Both the position numbers and the translations under genes were made by a program. 64,000 nt of DNA, taken from NCBI GenBank assembly GCA_021821305.1, contig JAKACP010000001.1:132934-196933 (forward strand), written 5' to 3'. This document shows positions 45,125-54,645 of the stretch, in pieces; within the stretch, counting starts at the first letter, position 1; each line of letters begins with the position of its first letter. The stretch is from a bacterium. Its GTDB lineage: Bacteria; Patescibacteriota; Minisyncoccia; Moranbacterales; UBA1568. The notes under the pieces are model-generated. The model had not been told where the DNA came from. It did no database searches and saw nothing but the letters and a program-made list of their open reading frames with translations.

Positions 45125-45145
45125 GGAGCGTGGCCGTTTCAAAAG

Positions 45146-45349
45146 AATGATAATCTGAGAGCCTGTCTAATATCTCATGTCGAACTGAAAATTCAGAATT
45201 TCGAGCGAAAATCATGCATCGTGAGAAGGCCTATCGCGATAAGCCGACGAGCGATAAATGATTTGCAGCCGAAATTCTGAACTTTCAGATGACAAGCAAA
45301 AAAAAGTCTTTCTCTTATTTCATGCGTTGAGATATGAGACAGGCTCTAA
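45146..45349. mobile_element. MITE-like element with nested inverted repeats upstream of gyrA
   Basis: Outer IR GAGAGCCTGTCTAATATCTCA (45146-45166) versus TGAGATATGAGACAGGCTCTA (45329-45349). Inner IR CTGAAAATTCAGAATTTCG (45175-45193) versus CGAAATTCTGAACTTTCAG (45267-45285). No ORF inside. Confidence 0.4.
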
Positions 45350-45355
45350 TACCGT

Positions 45356-47815
45356 ATGAGCAAGCAGACACAGGAGGAAATCGATATACATGGCCGGATC
45401 GATCCGAGAGCGATCACCGACGAGGTCCGCCAGTCGTACCTCGACTATGCGATGAGCGTCATCGTGGCGCGTGCCCTGCCGGACGTCCGTGACGGATTGA
45501 AGCCGGTGCACCGCCGCATCCTCTATTCGATGTGGGCGACGGGCCTCCGTTCCACCGCGAAATTCCGGAAATCGGCGACGGTCGTCGGTGAGGTGCTCGG
45601 AAAGTATCATCCGCACGGCGACTCCGCCGTGTACGAGACCATGGTCCGCATGGCGCAGGATTTCTCACTCCGCTATCCGCTCATCTGGGGCCAGGGAAAC
45701 TTCGGCTCGCTCGACGGCGACGGTGCCGCGGCCTACCGCTATACCGAAGCGAAGCTTTCCCCGATCGCCGAGGAGATGCTGCTCGACATCGAGAAGGACA
45801 CCGTCGATTTCATACCGAACTTCGACGGCGTGCATATGGAGCCGACCGTGCTCCCGGCCAAGCTTCCGCAGCTCCTCCTCAACGGGACGGTCGGTATCGC
45901 CGTCGGTATGGCGACCAATATCCCCCCGCACAATCTGAGCGAGCTCGTGGACGGCATCTGTCACCTCATCGACAACCCCGACGCGGGAGTCGACGAGCTT
46001 ACGGAGTTCATCAAGGGCCCGGACTTCCCGACGGGCGGCATCATCTATGACGCGAAGGATATCCGCGAGGCGTACGCGACCGGCAAGGGTAGGATAGCGA
46101 CGCGCGCCAAGGCGGAGATCGTCGAGACCAAGGCCGGAGCGTTCCAGATCATCGTGACCGAGATCACCTACCAGACGAACAAGTCGACGCTCATCGAGAA
46201 GATCGCCGACCTCGTGAAGGAAGGCCGGCTCACCGGTATCCGCGACCTGCGCGACGAGTCCGACAAGGACGGCGTTCGGATCGTGGTCGAGCTCAAGAAG
46301 GAAGCCTATCCGCAGAAGGTGCTCAACCAGCTCTACACCCTCACGGATCTCCAGAAGAATTTCAACGTCAACATGCTCGCGCTCGTCGACGGCATCGATC
46401 CGCAGATCCTCAATCTCAAATCGATACTCGAGCACTACATCATCCATCGCGAGAAGGTGGTGGTGCGTCGCGCGGAATACGAGCTCGCGAAAGCGAAGGA
46501 CCGCGCGCATATCCTCGAAGGGCTCAAGAAAGCCCTTGATTTCATCGACGCGGTCATCGATACGATCCGAAAATCCAAGACGAAAGAGGAGGCGCACGCG
46601 AACCTCATGAAGAAGTTCAAGCTCTCCGATCGCCAGTCGACCGCGATTCTCGAGATGCGGCTCCAGACACTCGCCGGACTCGAGCGCAAGAAGATCGAGG
46701 ACGAGCTCGGGGAAAAGTACAAGATCATCGCCGAACTCGAGACGTTGCTTGCGAGCAAGAAGAAGATCTTCGCGCTCGTGAAGAGCGAACTCCTCGAGCT
46801 CAAGGAGAAATACGGCGACGAGCGCAAGACCCGCGTCGTGAAGTCCGGCATCGGCGAGTTCAAGCAAGAGGACCTCGTCCCGAACGAGGAAGCCATCGTC
46901 ACGATCTCGGACGACGGCTACATCAAGCGCATGAATCCTTCCGTCTACCGCGTGCAGAAGCGCGGCGGCAAAGGCGTCATCGGCGCGGTCGCGAAGGACG
47001 AGGATCGGATCTCCATGGTGATCTCGCTCGAGACGCACGACGACCTCATGTTCTTCACGAACACCGGCAAGATATTCCAGCTCAAGGCATACGAGATTCC
47101 CGAATCGTCCCGCACCGCCAAGGGGACGGCCGTCGTCAACTTCATCCAGACGAGCCCCGAAGAGAAGATCACCGAGATGGTGTCCTTTCGCAAGGGGAGC
47201 GACGCGAAGTACCTCTTCATGGCGACGCGTCAGGGGACGATCAAGAAGACCAAGATCGAGGATTTCGCGAACGTCAGGCGAAGCGGCCTCATCGCGATCA
47301 ACCTCGACAAGGGCGATGTCCTGGGATGGGTCAAGCTCACGACCGGATCCGACGAGATCATCATGACGACCCGCGACGGGCAGGCGATCCGTTTCAAGGA
47401 GACCGACGTGCGCGCGATGGGACGTTCCGCCGCCGGCGTACGCGGTATCAAGCTCGGCGCGGGCGACGAAGTGGTCGGCATGGATATGATCTCCAAGGAC
47501 CAGAAGGGGCTCGAGCTCCTCATCCTCTCGCAGAAGGGTCTCGGGAAGCGCAGTGAACTCAAACACTACAAGATCCAGAAGCGCGGCGGCTCGGGCATCA
47601 AGACGATGAAAATCACACCGAAGACGGGCTCGCTCGTCGGCGCGATGATCACCTCCATGGCCAACATCGAGGACGATCTCATCCTCACGTCCGAGAAGGG
47701 GACGATCATCCGGATCCCGTTCAAGTCCGTTCCACTCCTTTCCCGCGTGACCCAGGGTGTCCGCATCATGAAGCCGCAGGCAGGCGACCAGGTCGGTGCC
47801 TTCACGATGCTGTAG
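45356..47815 (+). CDS. gyrA: DNA gyrase subunit A
   Basis: Active-site Tyr region ([10 protein letters not shown]), QRDR-like segment, C-terminal beta-pinwheel repeats. No gyrB adjacent in this window. Confidence 0.95.
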   Translation: MSKQTQEEIDIHGRIDPRAITDEVRQSYLDYAMSVIVARALPDVRDGLKPVHRRILYSMWATGLRSTAKFRKSATVVGEVLGKYHPHGDSAVYETMVRMAQDFSLRYPLIWGQGNFGSLDGDGAAAYRYTEAKLSPIAEEMLLDIEKDTVDFIPNFDGVHMEPTVLPAKLPQLLLNGTVGIAVGMATNIPPHNLSELVDGICHLIDNPDAGVDELTEFIKGPDFPTGGIIYDAKDIREAYATGKGRIATRAKAEIVETKAGAFQIIVTEITYQTNKSTLIEKIADLVKEGRLTGIRDLRDESDKDGVRIVVELKKEAYPQKVLNQLYTLTDLQKNFNVNMLALVDGIDPQILNLKSILEHYIIHREKVVVRRAEYELAKAKDRAHILEGLKKALDFIDAVIDTIRKSKTKEEAHANLMKKFKLSDRQSTAILEMRLQTLAGLERKKIEDELGEKYKIIAELETLLASKKKIFALVKSELLELKEKYGDERKTRVVKSGIGEFKQEDLVPNEEAIVTISDDGYIKRMNPSVYRVQKRGGKGVIGAVAKDEDRISMVISLETHDDLMFFTNTGKIFQLKAYEIPESSRTAKGTAVVNFIQTSPEEKITEMVSFRKGSDAKYLFMATRQGTIKKTKIEDFANVRRSGLIAINLDKGDVLGWVKLTTGSDEIIMTTRDGQAIRFKETDVRAMGRSAAGVRGIKLGAGDEVVGMDMISKDQKGLELLILSQKGLGKRSELKHYKIQKRGGSGIKTMKITPKTGSLVGAMITSMANIEDDLILTSEKGTIIRIPFKSVPLLSRVTQGVRIMKPQAGDQVGAFTML

Positions 47816-47954
47816 GCTTGCCAAACCGAAATAATCGTGTTATTGTTCCATCGTTAATTCATTGAGAAGAAGCGTACAGTGGTGCGGGTGGGGGCGCGGA
47901 AGCGTCTTGTGAGCTTGAAAAAGCCACGGCACGACGGTATGGCTTACGAAGCAT

Positions 47955-48218
47955 ATGGCGCTCACGCATGCGCAGAAGGATCGGGTGACCAAGGAGGTCA
48001 AACGCCACGAGAAGGACACGGGGTCTCCCGAGTACCAGATCGCGATGTTCACCGAGAAGATCAAGAAGCTGACGGCCCACTTGAAGAAGAACAAGCAGGA
48101 TTTCCATTCCCGCCGGGGACTTCTCAAGATGGTCTCGAAGCGCAAGAAACTGTTTTCCTATCTCGAGTCGACCAATGAGAAGGCCGCCAAGGCGATCCGG
48201 AAGAAGCTCGATTTATAG
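47955..48218 (+). CDS. rpsO: 30S ribosomal protein S15
   Basis: [48 protein letters not shown]-type S15 signature. Confidence 0.9.
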   Translation: [87 protein letters not shown]

Positions 48219-48226
48219 TATCTCTG

Positions 48227-48256
48227 ACTGCTCCTTCGGGAGCAGTTTCATTTTTC
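48227..48256 (+). terminator. intrinsic terminator after rpsO
   Basis: ACTGCTCCttcgGGAGCAGT hairpin followed by TTCATTTTT. Confidence 0.6.
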
Positions 48257-48293
48257 AATAACCAACGCCGAATTCCCGGAGAGGGAAATTCCG

Positions 48294-48863
48294 ATGACCA
48301 CGGCAGAGCCGAAACATTTTCGGCACTCGGGTATCGGCACTCGGTATATCCATAAGAGTATGGCAAAATTCGCGGAACAGAGGGTCGGCGTCCTGGTGGA
48401 CATTTCCAATCTCTACCACAGCGCGCGCGTCCTCTATCACAAGAAGGTGAACTTCAAGGCGGTTCTCGAGACGGCCGTCGCCGAGCGGAAGCTCATCCGC
48501 GCCATCGCGTACGGCATCACGACGACGGAAGGCATGGAGGAGAAGTTTCTCGAGACGCTCAAGACGTACGGCTACGACGTGAAGACCAAGGACCTGCAGA
48601 TATTCCCGGACGGCTCCAAGAAAGGCGACTGGGACGTCGCGATCGCGATCGACGCGATCAAGATGGCCCCGAAACTCGATGTCGTCGTCCTCATTTCCGG
48701 CGACGGGGACTATATCCCGCTCGTCGAATACCTCCAGGGGACGTTCGGCTGTCGCGTCGAGGTCCTCGCCTTCGCCGAATCGACCTCGGCCAAGCTCATC
48801 GAGGCATCGGACGACTTCCTCGACCTCTCGAGCGACAAGCGAAAATTCCTTTTGGGGAAATAG
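48294..48863 (+). CDS. NYN-domain (LabA/YacP-like, PIN-related) predicted ribonuclease
   Basis: VGVLVDISNLYHSARVL...VVLISGDGDYIPLVEYLQGTFGCRVEVLAF is the NYN acidic core. An alternative start exists at ATG 48360. Confidence 0.7.
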   Translation: MTTAEPKHFRHSGIGTRYIHKSMAKFAEQRVGVLVDISNLYHSARVLYHKKVNFKAVLETAVAERKLIRAIAYGITTTEGMEEKFLETLKTYGYDVKTKDLQIFPDGSKKGDWDVAIAIDAIKMAPKLDVVVLISGDGDYIPLVEYLQGTFGCRVEVLAFAESTSAKLIEASDDFLDLSSDKRKFLLGK

Positions 48864-49061
48864 CGTACGCTCGCGGGACAAGACCGCTCCGACGATGGTC
48901 GGAGCGGTCTTTCTTTGACAACAGGCCCCGAAAAAGGTAGGGTATGAGCAGTTAATTAATGTAGAAAGGCGCGCTCGGGAAGTCGCTTGATGCCTTGTGA
49001 ACTCAAATATCTTGAGCTCATAGCCGCGTCCGGCGAGTTCGTGGACAAGCCGATTTTTCGT

Positions 49062-51200
49062 ATGAAGAATGAGAAGAAGTGGTCGCTCCAACTGGGCGGC
49101 CGGGAGCTCTCCATCTCCACCGGCGTCTATGCCGGTCAGGCGAACGGAGCGGTGACCGCACGCTACGGCGACACGGTCGTTTTGGCGACGGCGGTCATGT
49201 CGAAGAGCGCGGGGCAGTCGAGGGGATATTTCCCCCTCATGGTGGACTATGAGGAGCGGTACTACGCGGCCGGGAAGATCAAGGGATCGCGTTTCATCAA
49301 GCGCGAGGGGCGCCCGTCGGATGACGCGGTGCTGTCCGGACGCGCGGTCGATCGCACCATCCGTCCGCTTTTCGACGCGAGGATGCGCAACGAGATACAG
49401 GTCATCGCGACCACGCTTTCCTTCGACGGCGAGAACGATCCTGATCTCGTCGCGATGATCGCGGCGTCGGCGGCGCTTACCATCTCCGATATCCCGTGGA
49501 ACGGCCCAATCGGTGCGGTCCGCGTCGGGAAATCGCCCGCCGGCTTCATACTCAATCCGTCGACGGAAGAACGGGAGAATACCGAGAGCGATCTCGATCT
49601 GCTCGTTTCCGGGACCAAGGACAAGATCAACATGATCGAAGCCGGTGCCAAGGAGCTCTCCGAGGCGGAAATGGCGGCCGCGTTCGCGTTCGGATTCGAG
49701 AATGTACAGAAAATCGCCCTCTTCATCGAGGACATCGGGAAAGAGATCGGGAAGCCGAAGGCTGTCCCGACGCTCCTTTCGGGTCCGGAGGGATTCGACG
49801 AGGACCTGAAGGCCTTCCTCCGCAAGGAGGGAATCGCCGATGCGCTCTTCGCCAAAGCCAAAAAAGAGGAAAAGTACGCGTCTATCGACGAGATCGGTGA
49901 GCGTATGAAGGCCTATGTCGCCGAGAAATATCCGGATCAGGCGTCGAGTCTCGGGGAAGTCTCGAGCCACGTCATGGACGAGCTCTCCGACGAGATCCTC
50001 CACGAGAAGATCCTCAAGGAAAAGACCCGTCCGGACGGCCGCGGCGTGACCGAAATCCGTCCGATCTGGTGTGAGGTCGGGGTGCTCCCGAGGACTCATG
50101 GATCCGGCGTGTTCACCCGCGGTGAGACGCAGGCCCTGACGGTGACGACGCTCGGCGCCCCCGGCGCGGAGATGATCGTCGACACGATGGAGACCGACGA
50201 GAAGAAGCGGTACATGCACTTCTACAACTTTCCGCCGTATTCGGTCGGCGAAGTGCGTCCGATGCGGGGTCCCGGTCGACGCGAAGTGGGCCATGGCGCG
50301 CTCGCGGAAAAGGCGTTGCTCCCGGTGCTCCCTTCCAAGGAAGAATTCCCGTACACGATACTCCTCGTTTCCGAGGTGCTCTCCTCGAACGGATCCTCCT
50401 CGATGGCGTCGACCTGCGGGTCGACCCTCTCCCTCATGGATGCCGGCGTCCCGATCAAGAAGCCGGTCGCGGGTATCGCGATGGGCATCATCATGGGCAA
50501 GGACGGCGACTATCAGGTACTCTCCGACATCCAGGGCCTCGAGGATCATTTCGGTGACATGGACTTCAAGGTCGCCGGAACCCGCGACGGTATCACGGCC
50601 ATGCAGATGGACGTGAAGATCGACGGACTGACCCCGGAAGTGCTCGGGAAAGCCATCATCCAGGCGAAGGAAAGCCGTCTCTTCATCCTCGAGAAGATGC
50701 TCGAGGCGATGCCGGAAGTGCGCAAGGAGATGTCCCCGTACGCGCCACGCATCATCACGCTCCACATCAACCCCGAGAAGATCCGCGATGTCATCGGCCC
50801 GGGCGGCAAGATGATCAACCGGATCATCGACGAGACCGGTGTCGACATCGATATCGAGGACGACGGATCGGTCTTCATCACGTCGACCGACGAGACGAGC
50901 GCCAAGGAAGCGGTCGAATGGATCAAGAACATCACCCGCGAGGTGAAGGCGGGCGAGATGTTCCAGGGCCGCATCACGCGTCTCATGAACTTCGGCGCGT
51001 TCGCCGAGGTGCTCCCGAACCAGGAAGGATTGATCCACATCTCCGAACTGGCGGACTACCGCGTGGAAAAAGTCGAGGATATCGTCAAGGTCGGCGATAT
51101 CATCCCGGTCATCGTCAAGGAAATCGACGACCAGGGTCGTATCAACCTCTCGCACAAGCAGGCCAAGCGTCGGCTCGAGGACGAGGCTCACGGCGAATAG
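49062..51200 (+). CDS. pnp: polynucleotide phosphorylase
   Basis: Two RNase PH domains, then KH (IGPGGKMINRIIDETGV) and S1 (GEMFQGRITRLMNFGAFAEV) domains. Start at MKNEKKW (49062) within ORF 48987..51200. Confidence 0.9.
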   Translation: MKNEKKWSLQLGGRELSISTGVYAGQANGAVTARYGDTVVLATAVMSKSAGQSRGYFPLMVDYEERYYAAGKIKGSRFIKREGRPSDDAVLSGRAVDRTIRPLFDARMRNEIQVIATTLSFDGENDPDLVAMIAASAALTISDIPWNGPIGAVRVGKSPAGFILNPSTEERENTESDLDLLVSGTKDKINMIEAGAKELSEAEMAAAFAFGFENVQKIALFIEDIGKEIGKPKAVPTLLSGPEGFDEDLKAFLRKEGIADALFAKAKKEEKYASIDEIGERMKAYVAEKYPDQASSLGEVSSHVMDELSDEILHEKILKEKTRPDGRGVTEIRPIWCEVGVLPRTHGSGVFTRGETQALTVTTLGAPGAEMIVDTMETDEKKRYMHFYNFPPYSVGEVRPMRGPGRREVGHGALAEKALLPVLPSKEEFPYTILLVSEVLSSNGSSSMASTCGSTLSLMDAGVPIKKPVAGIAMGIIMGKDGDYQVLSDIQGLEDHFGDMDFKVAGTRDGITAMQMDVKIDGLTPEVLGKAIIQAKESRLFILEKMLEAMPEVRKEMSPYAPRIITLHINPEKIRDVIGPGGKMINRIIDETGVDIDIEDDGSVFITSTDETSAKEAVEWIKNITREVKAGEMFQGRITRLMNFGAFAEVLPNQEGLIHISELADYRVEKVEDIVKVGDIIPVIVKEIDDQGRINLSHKQAKRRLEDEAHGE

Positions 51201-51223
51201 ACGGAAGGAATCGCGGATACGAA

Positions 51224-51262
51224 AACGCTCCGGCTCATGTCGGAGCGTTCTTGTTTCTTTTG
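51224..51262 (+). terminator. intrinsic terminator after pnp
   Basis: AACGCTCCGgctcatgtCGGAGCGTT followed by CTTGTTTCTTTTG. Confidence 0.6.
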
Positions 51263-51299
51263 TGGTATACTATAGCTCATCAGCACTGACGAACGGCGT

Positions 51300-52325
51300 A
51301 TGGGTTTCTTCGGAAAAATATTGAAAAAGGACGATCAGACGGCCGCGGGTACCATACCGCCGGAGATATACAAGAGCGTCCGGGTGATGCGCGACGACCT
51401 GAACGAGCTCGAGGGAAAGCCGCCGGAAGGGATTCCGGGTGCCGTTGCTCCGGAGGCGAGCGATGCGGGACACCCCTTTCTCGGGGCGCATGGGCACCCG
51501 TCCGCACCGGAGGCACCCGTCGCCGACACCTCCGTGGCGCCAGCTTCGAAAAATTTAAAAAAATGGCTCATTCCGGCCGCTGTCGTGATTCTTGTCCTCA
51601 TGATCGGCGGTATTACGGCATATTTTTTCCTCCGTTCCACGCCCGAAAACGATACCGTCGAATCCGTACCGACCACCGAAATCCCGTCGCCGGTCGACGG
51701 TATGCAGGCACCGACCGCTGAACCCACGCCCGCGCCGACGTCCGCGTTCTCTCCCGACAGCCCCAACTATCTCGCGCTTGATCCGGAGTCGGATGCGGCG
51801 ACACCCGAGGGTATCGTGGCTACGCTCGAAGGTGTCGGCATGAAGGTGAGGGAGATGAACCCGTCCGGGCCGGTCGAATTCCTCCTGCGCGACGGGAACA
51901 ACAATCCGATCGCCTTTTCCCGCTTCTCATACCTCATGAAACTCGGTATCCCCGAGGACACGCTTTCGTTCCTGGATGAGTCGTTCTCGCTCTATTTCGT
52001 TCCGGAGGGATCCGATATCCGGATGACGCTGGTCCTGGACATCAAGGATGCCGCTAACCTCGTGGGGGCGGTGAACCGGGATGAGGCTGTGGTACCGACG
52101 TGGTTCAGCGGACTCCTGTACCGGCCCGCCGGTGTCGAAGTACCGGCGTCGGTCGAGTTCCGCAGCGGGACGTATGGCGCGCTTGAGACGAGGTTCGTCC
52201 CGATCGACGCCGCGAAGAATTATTCGTTCGACTACATCTTCCTCGCGGACAAGTGGATGATCGGAACCAGCAAGGATTCGTTCCGGGCGACCGTCGATGC
52301 CGTGATCAAAGATGGCGTGCGATAG
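51300..52325 (+). CDS. membrane-anchored hypothetical protein (single TM, Pro/Ala/Thr-rich linker, C-terminal globular domain)
   Basis: TM helix WLIPAAVVILVLMIGGITAYFFL; no recognised family. Confidence 0.5.
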   Translation: MGFFGKILKKDDQTAAGTIPPEIYKSVRVMRDDLNELEGKPPEGIPGAVAPEASDAGHPFLGAHGHPSAPEAPVADTSVAPASKNLKKWLIPAAVVILVLMIGGITAYFFLRSTPENDTVESVPTTEIPSPVDGMQAPTAEPTPAPTSAFSPDSPNYLALDPESDAATPEGIVATLEGVGMKVREMNPSGPVEFLLRDGNNNPIAFSRFSYLMKLGIPEDTLSFLDESFSLYFVPEGSDIRMTLVLDIKDAANLVGAVNRDEAVVPTWFSGLLYRPAGVEVPASVEFRSGTYGALETRFVPIDAAKNYSFDYIFLADKWMIGTSKDSFRATVDAVIKDGVR

Positions 52326-52450
52326 GGATTTTTGGAAGGGAAACAGAAAGTCGGATCACTTTATTTTTCGATCGGGTTTCGGGAAAATTTCCACTCGTAT
52401 CCACAACTCCCTGAAAACGGCTTGTATGAAGTGTAAATAAGGAATGATAA

Positions 52451-52479
52451 TTGACCGGAGGTCAAATTCCTGCTATAAT
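52451..52479 (+). promoter_or_regulatory. consensus sigma70 promoter with no downstream ORF
   Basis: TTGACC (52451..52456), 17-nt spacer, TATAAT (52474..52479). Confidence 0.55.
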
Positions 52480-52485
52480 GGCTTT

Positions 52486-52998
52486 GTAAGTGTCCATTGA
52501 AAACCGAATACGGGGAACGGAGAAAGAGTTTTCAGTCACAATTTCCCCCTGATTGTGACTGAGCATTCTTTCACTGTTCAAGAGCCTGAGGTAAACTCGA
52601 CCTCGGCCGCCCTGATCTGACCAGGGACCCAAAACAAAAACAAAAACACCTTCGAAAAAATAATACAGTCGAAGGAGTCGAAACAAAAACAAACAGAGAA
52701 AAATAGTTCTTTGAATAAAGGGCCAAGTGCCAGAGAATGGTGAAAGGAAAAAAGTCGATGCTACCAGAAGTCAGACAAGCACGGCGAACATGCAAGTCCA
52801 CAAACTACATGCAGCTGAAATGGATTACGAGTGTCTTCTCACCCGGGACGCCGTAACCTCGCTACATGTTGGGACATGCAGTCGGGCGCTCCAGCCAAAT
52901 ATTTATATTATTGGGCGCAAGGAGCGCCCGACACCAACACTTTCCCCGAGTGTCGTGTCGGGAGAAGGAAGATGAATGCCTCGCAAGGGCGTTTTTTT
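52486..52998 (+). ncRNA. candidate structured non-coding RNA of unknown family (~510 nt)
   Basis: Between the promoter and a GC hairpin plus T7 tract (52978..52998). Perfect hairpins include CAGTCACAAT/ATTGTGACTG, CCCTG/CAGGG, CCTTCGA/TCGAAGG, and 12-bp GTCGGGCGCTCC/GGAGCGCCCGAC. Local GC is below the genome average. Only short, implausible ORFs overlap. Confidence 0.3.
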
Positions 52999-53320
52999 AT
53001 TGTTCGTCTCCGCTTTGGCGGAGCAACGAACAATAAACCCCGCTGTTTTTCTTAAAAACATTTGCGGGGTCGTGCCTTGTTTTTATCGAATTCGGAATTT
53101 TTTGTATTCAGACCCCGGCCCCGCTCCATGCAACTTTTTCTCCTCGCTCCGGACTCATCGCGGCTTTCGATTATCGGAATATTTCCCTCATTCGACGGCA
53201 TCCTGAGGAAATATTCCGAACCGAAAGCCGCTCTTCAGACAGGCGGAGGCGAAAGAGAAAAAATTCATGGAGCAGGGTCGGATTGCGCTCGATTCGGGTG
53301 ATGCGCTATAGTGAGCATAT

Positions 53321-53731
53321 TTGAAATACCCTATGCCATTTCTTCGGCGGTTCCGTCTCACGAACCCGCTCGGTGTCCGGGGGGAGGACGAGGCGGTGAT
53401 ATTTTTGAAGAAACGGGGATTCGCGATCATCGAACGGAATTGGAAGAATCGGACCGGTCGCGCCATAGGCGAGATCGATATCGTTGCGAAAGAAGGGAAC
53501 GAACTGGTGTTCGTCGAGGTCAAAGCGAGGAAATCGAGACGAGAGGAAACCGTGCTCCCCGAAGAAAGCATCACCCGAGGGAAGCTTCGACGCCTCTCGC
53601 GTATCGCGGAAGGGTATATACGTGAAAAAAGGCTTGGAAATGCCCCGTATCGGATTGATGCGCTCCTTCTCGTATTTTCGGATTCCGGAAAAGAGACCGA
53701 AGTACGGCATTTTCGGAGCATTTTTCTTTAG
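53321..53731 (+). CDS. yraN: YraN-family (UPF0102) predicted endonuclease
   Basis: GEDEAVIFLKKRGFAIIERNWKNRTGRAIGEIDIVAKEGNELVFVEVKAR is the YraN signature. Confidence 0.8.
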   Translation: MKYPMPFLRRFRLTNPLGVRGEDEAVIFLKKRGFAIIERNWKNRTGRAIGEIDIVAKEGNELVFVEVKARKSRREETVLPEESITRGKLRRLSRIAEGYIREKRLGNAPYRIDALLLVFSDSGKETEVRHFRSIFL

Positions 53732-53814
53732 AGAAAGCGGTGACAGGCACCCTGTCTGGACGCGAATATTTTTTTGGAATACAATGGATACGCGATAACC
53801 ATTCTTTAGAAGCT

Positions 53815-54159
53815 ATGGCACTCAGCAATGAATTCGTGGCGGAAATGAAGGTGCTTCTGACCGCGGAGAAGGAGAAGCTGGAACAGCAGCTCTCGCGATT
53901 CGCCGCTCCGACCGAGGTTTCCGGCGAGTATGAGACGAAATTCGAGGATATCGGGCCGGACGTCGACGAGAACGCCTCGGAGGTGGAGATGTACGCGGAC
54001 AATATCGCGCTTGAGGACAATCTGGAACAGCAGCTCGAGCGGGTCAATGCCGCGCTTGCCCGCATCGAAGGAGGGACGTACGGTATCTGCGTGAAGACCG
54101 GCAAAGAAATCTCCGAAGATCGCCTCCGCGCCTACCCGGCGGCCGAGACCGCTCTTTAG
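53815..54159 (+). CDS. DksA/TraR-family protein lacking the C4 zinc finger
   Basis: Coiled-coil N-region and C-terminal GTYGICVKTGKEISEDRLRAYPAAETAL, aligning to the DksA finger region with only one Cys. Start at MALSNEF within ORF 53740..54159. Confidence 0.5.
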   Translation: MALSNEFVAEMKVLLTAEKEKLEQQLSRFAAPTEVSGEYETKFEDIGPDVDENASEVEMYADNIALEDNLEQQLERVNAALARIEGGTYGICVKTGKEISEDRLRAYPAAETAL

Positions 54160-54174
54160 TAGCCGAAAGCTGGG

Positions 54175-54645
54175 ATGAGACATACCGAGTCAATCGAAGG
54201 AAAAATAAAAAAACGGGCTTCCGGCATCATCATCGCCGGAGCCCTTTTTTGTCTGGATCAGTCGGTGAAGTATTCCTTTCCCGCTTCGGATCGGTACTAC
54301 TGCAATCACGACGGACCGTGGGGGACAGTCATGCATGAGGAAGTCCTCCTGTCCGGAGGCGCGCTCCTCCTCGTCGCCTTCGGTACTTTTCTCCTGCGGG
54401 CCAGGGGATGGAGGGAGATCGTCGCGTTCGCGTTCCTTTTCGGTGGCGGACTCTCGAATCTCGTGGACCGCGCCCTATATGGGTGTGTGCGGGATTTTTC
54501 GGTCGTTTCCTGGTTCCCGGCGTTCAATTTCGCGGACGTCTGCCTCTCCGTCGGCGCGGGGCTCCTCCTGACCACGCTTTTCTCGCGCGCACGGAATAGC
54601 GAGATCAGTATTTCTCGAGAATCTCACGACGCTTCGGTTCGATGA
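54175..54645 (+). CDS. lspA: lipoprotein signal peptidase II
   Basis: Four TM helices with conserved GGGLSNLVDR and FNFADV motifs. Confidence 0.8.
   Translation: MRHTESIEGKIKKRASGIIIAGALFCLDQSVKYSFPASDRYYCNHDGPWGTVMHEEVLLSGGALLLVAFGTFLLRARGWREIVAFAFLFGGGLSNLVDRALYGCVRDFSVVSWFPAFNFADVCLSVGAGLLLTTLFSRARNSEISISRESHDASVR

Noticed and set aside
45665-47824. 719-aa ORF on the minus strand
   Set aside because: Antisense to gyrA.
47853-47863. ATTGTTCCATC half-site resembling the palindrome array downstream of gyrA
   Set aside because: Only one half (TGTTCCA) matches; the other half is absent. Most likely a chance occurrence.
48255-51191. 978-aa ORF on the minus strand
   Set aside because: Antisense to the NYN gene and pnp; no motifs, Arg/Leu/Asp-rich. 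pnp on the plus strand is clearly real.
52330-53320. RNase P RNA (rnpB) in the coding-free region
   Set aside because: The universally conserved P4 strands (GGAAAGUCCGGGCUCC / ACAGAACCCGGCUUA) could not be found by eye. GCAGTCGGGCGCTCCAG is similar but pairs instead with a local GGAGCGCCCGAC to form a simple hairpin. Left as an unknown ncRNA pending a covariance-model scan.
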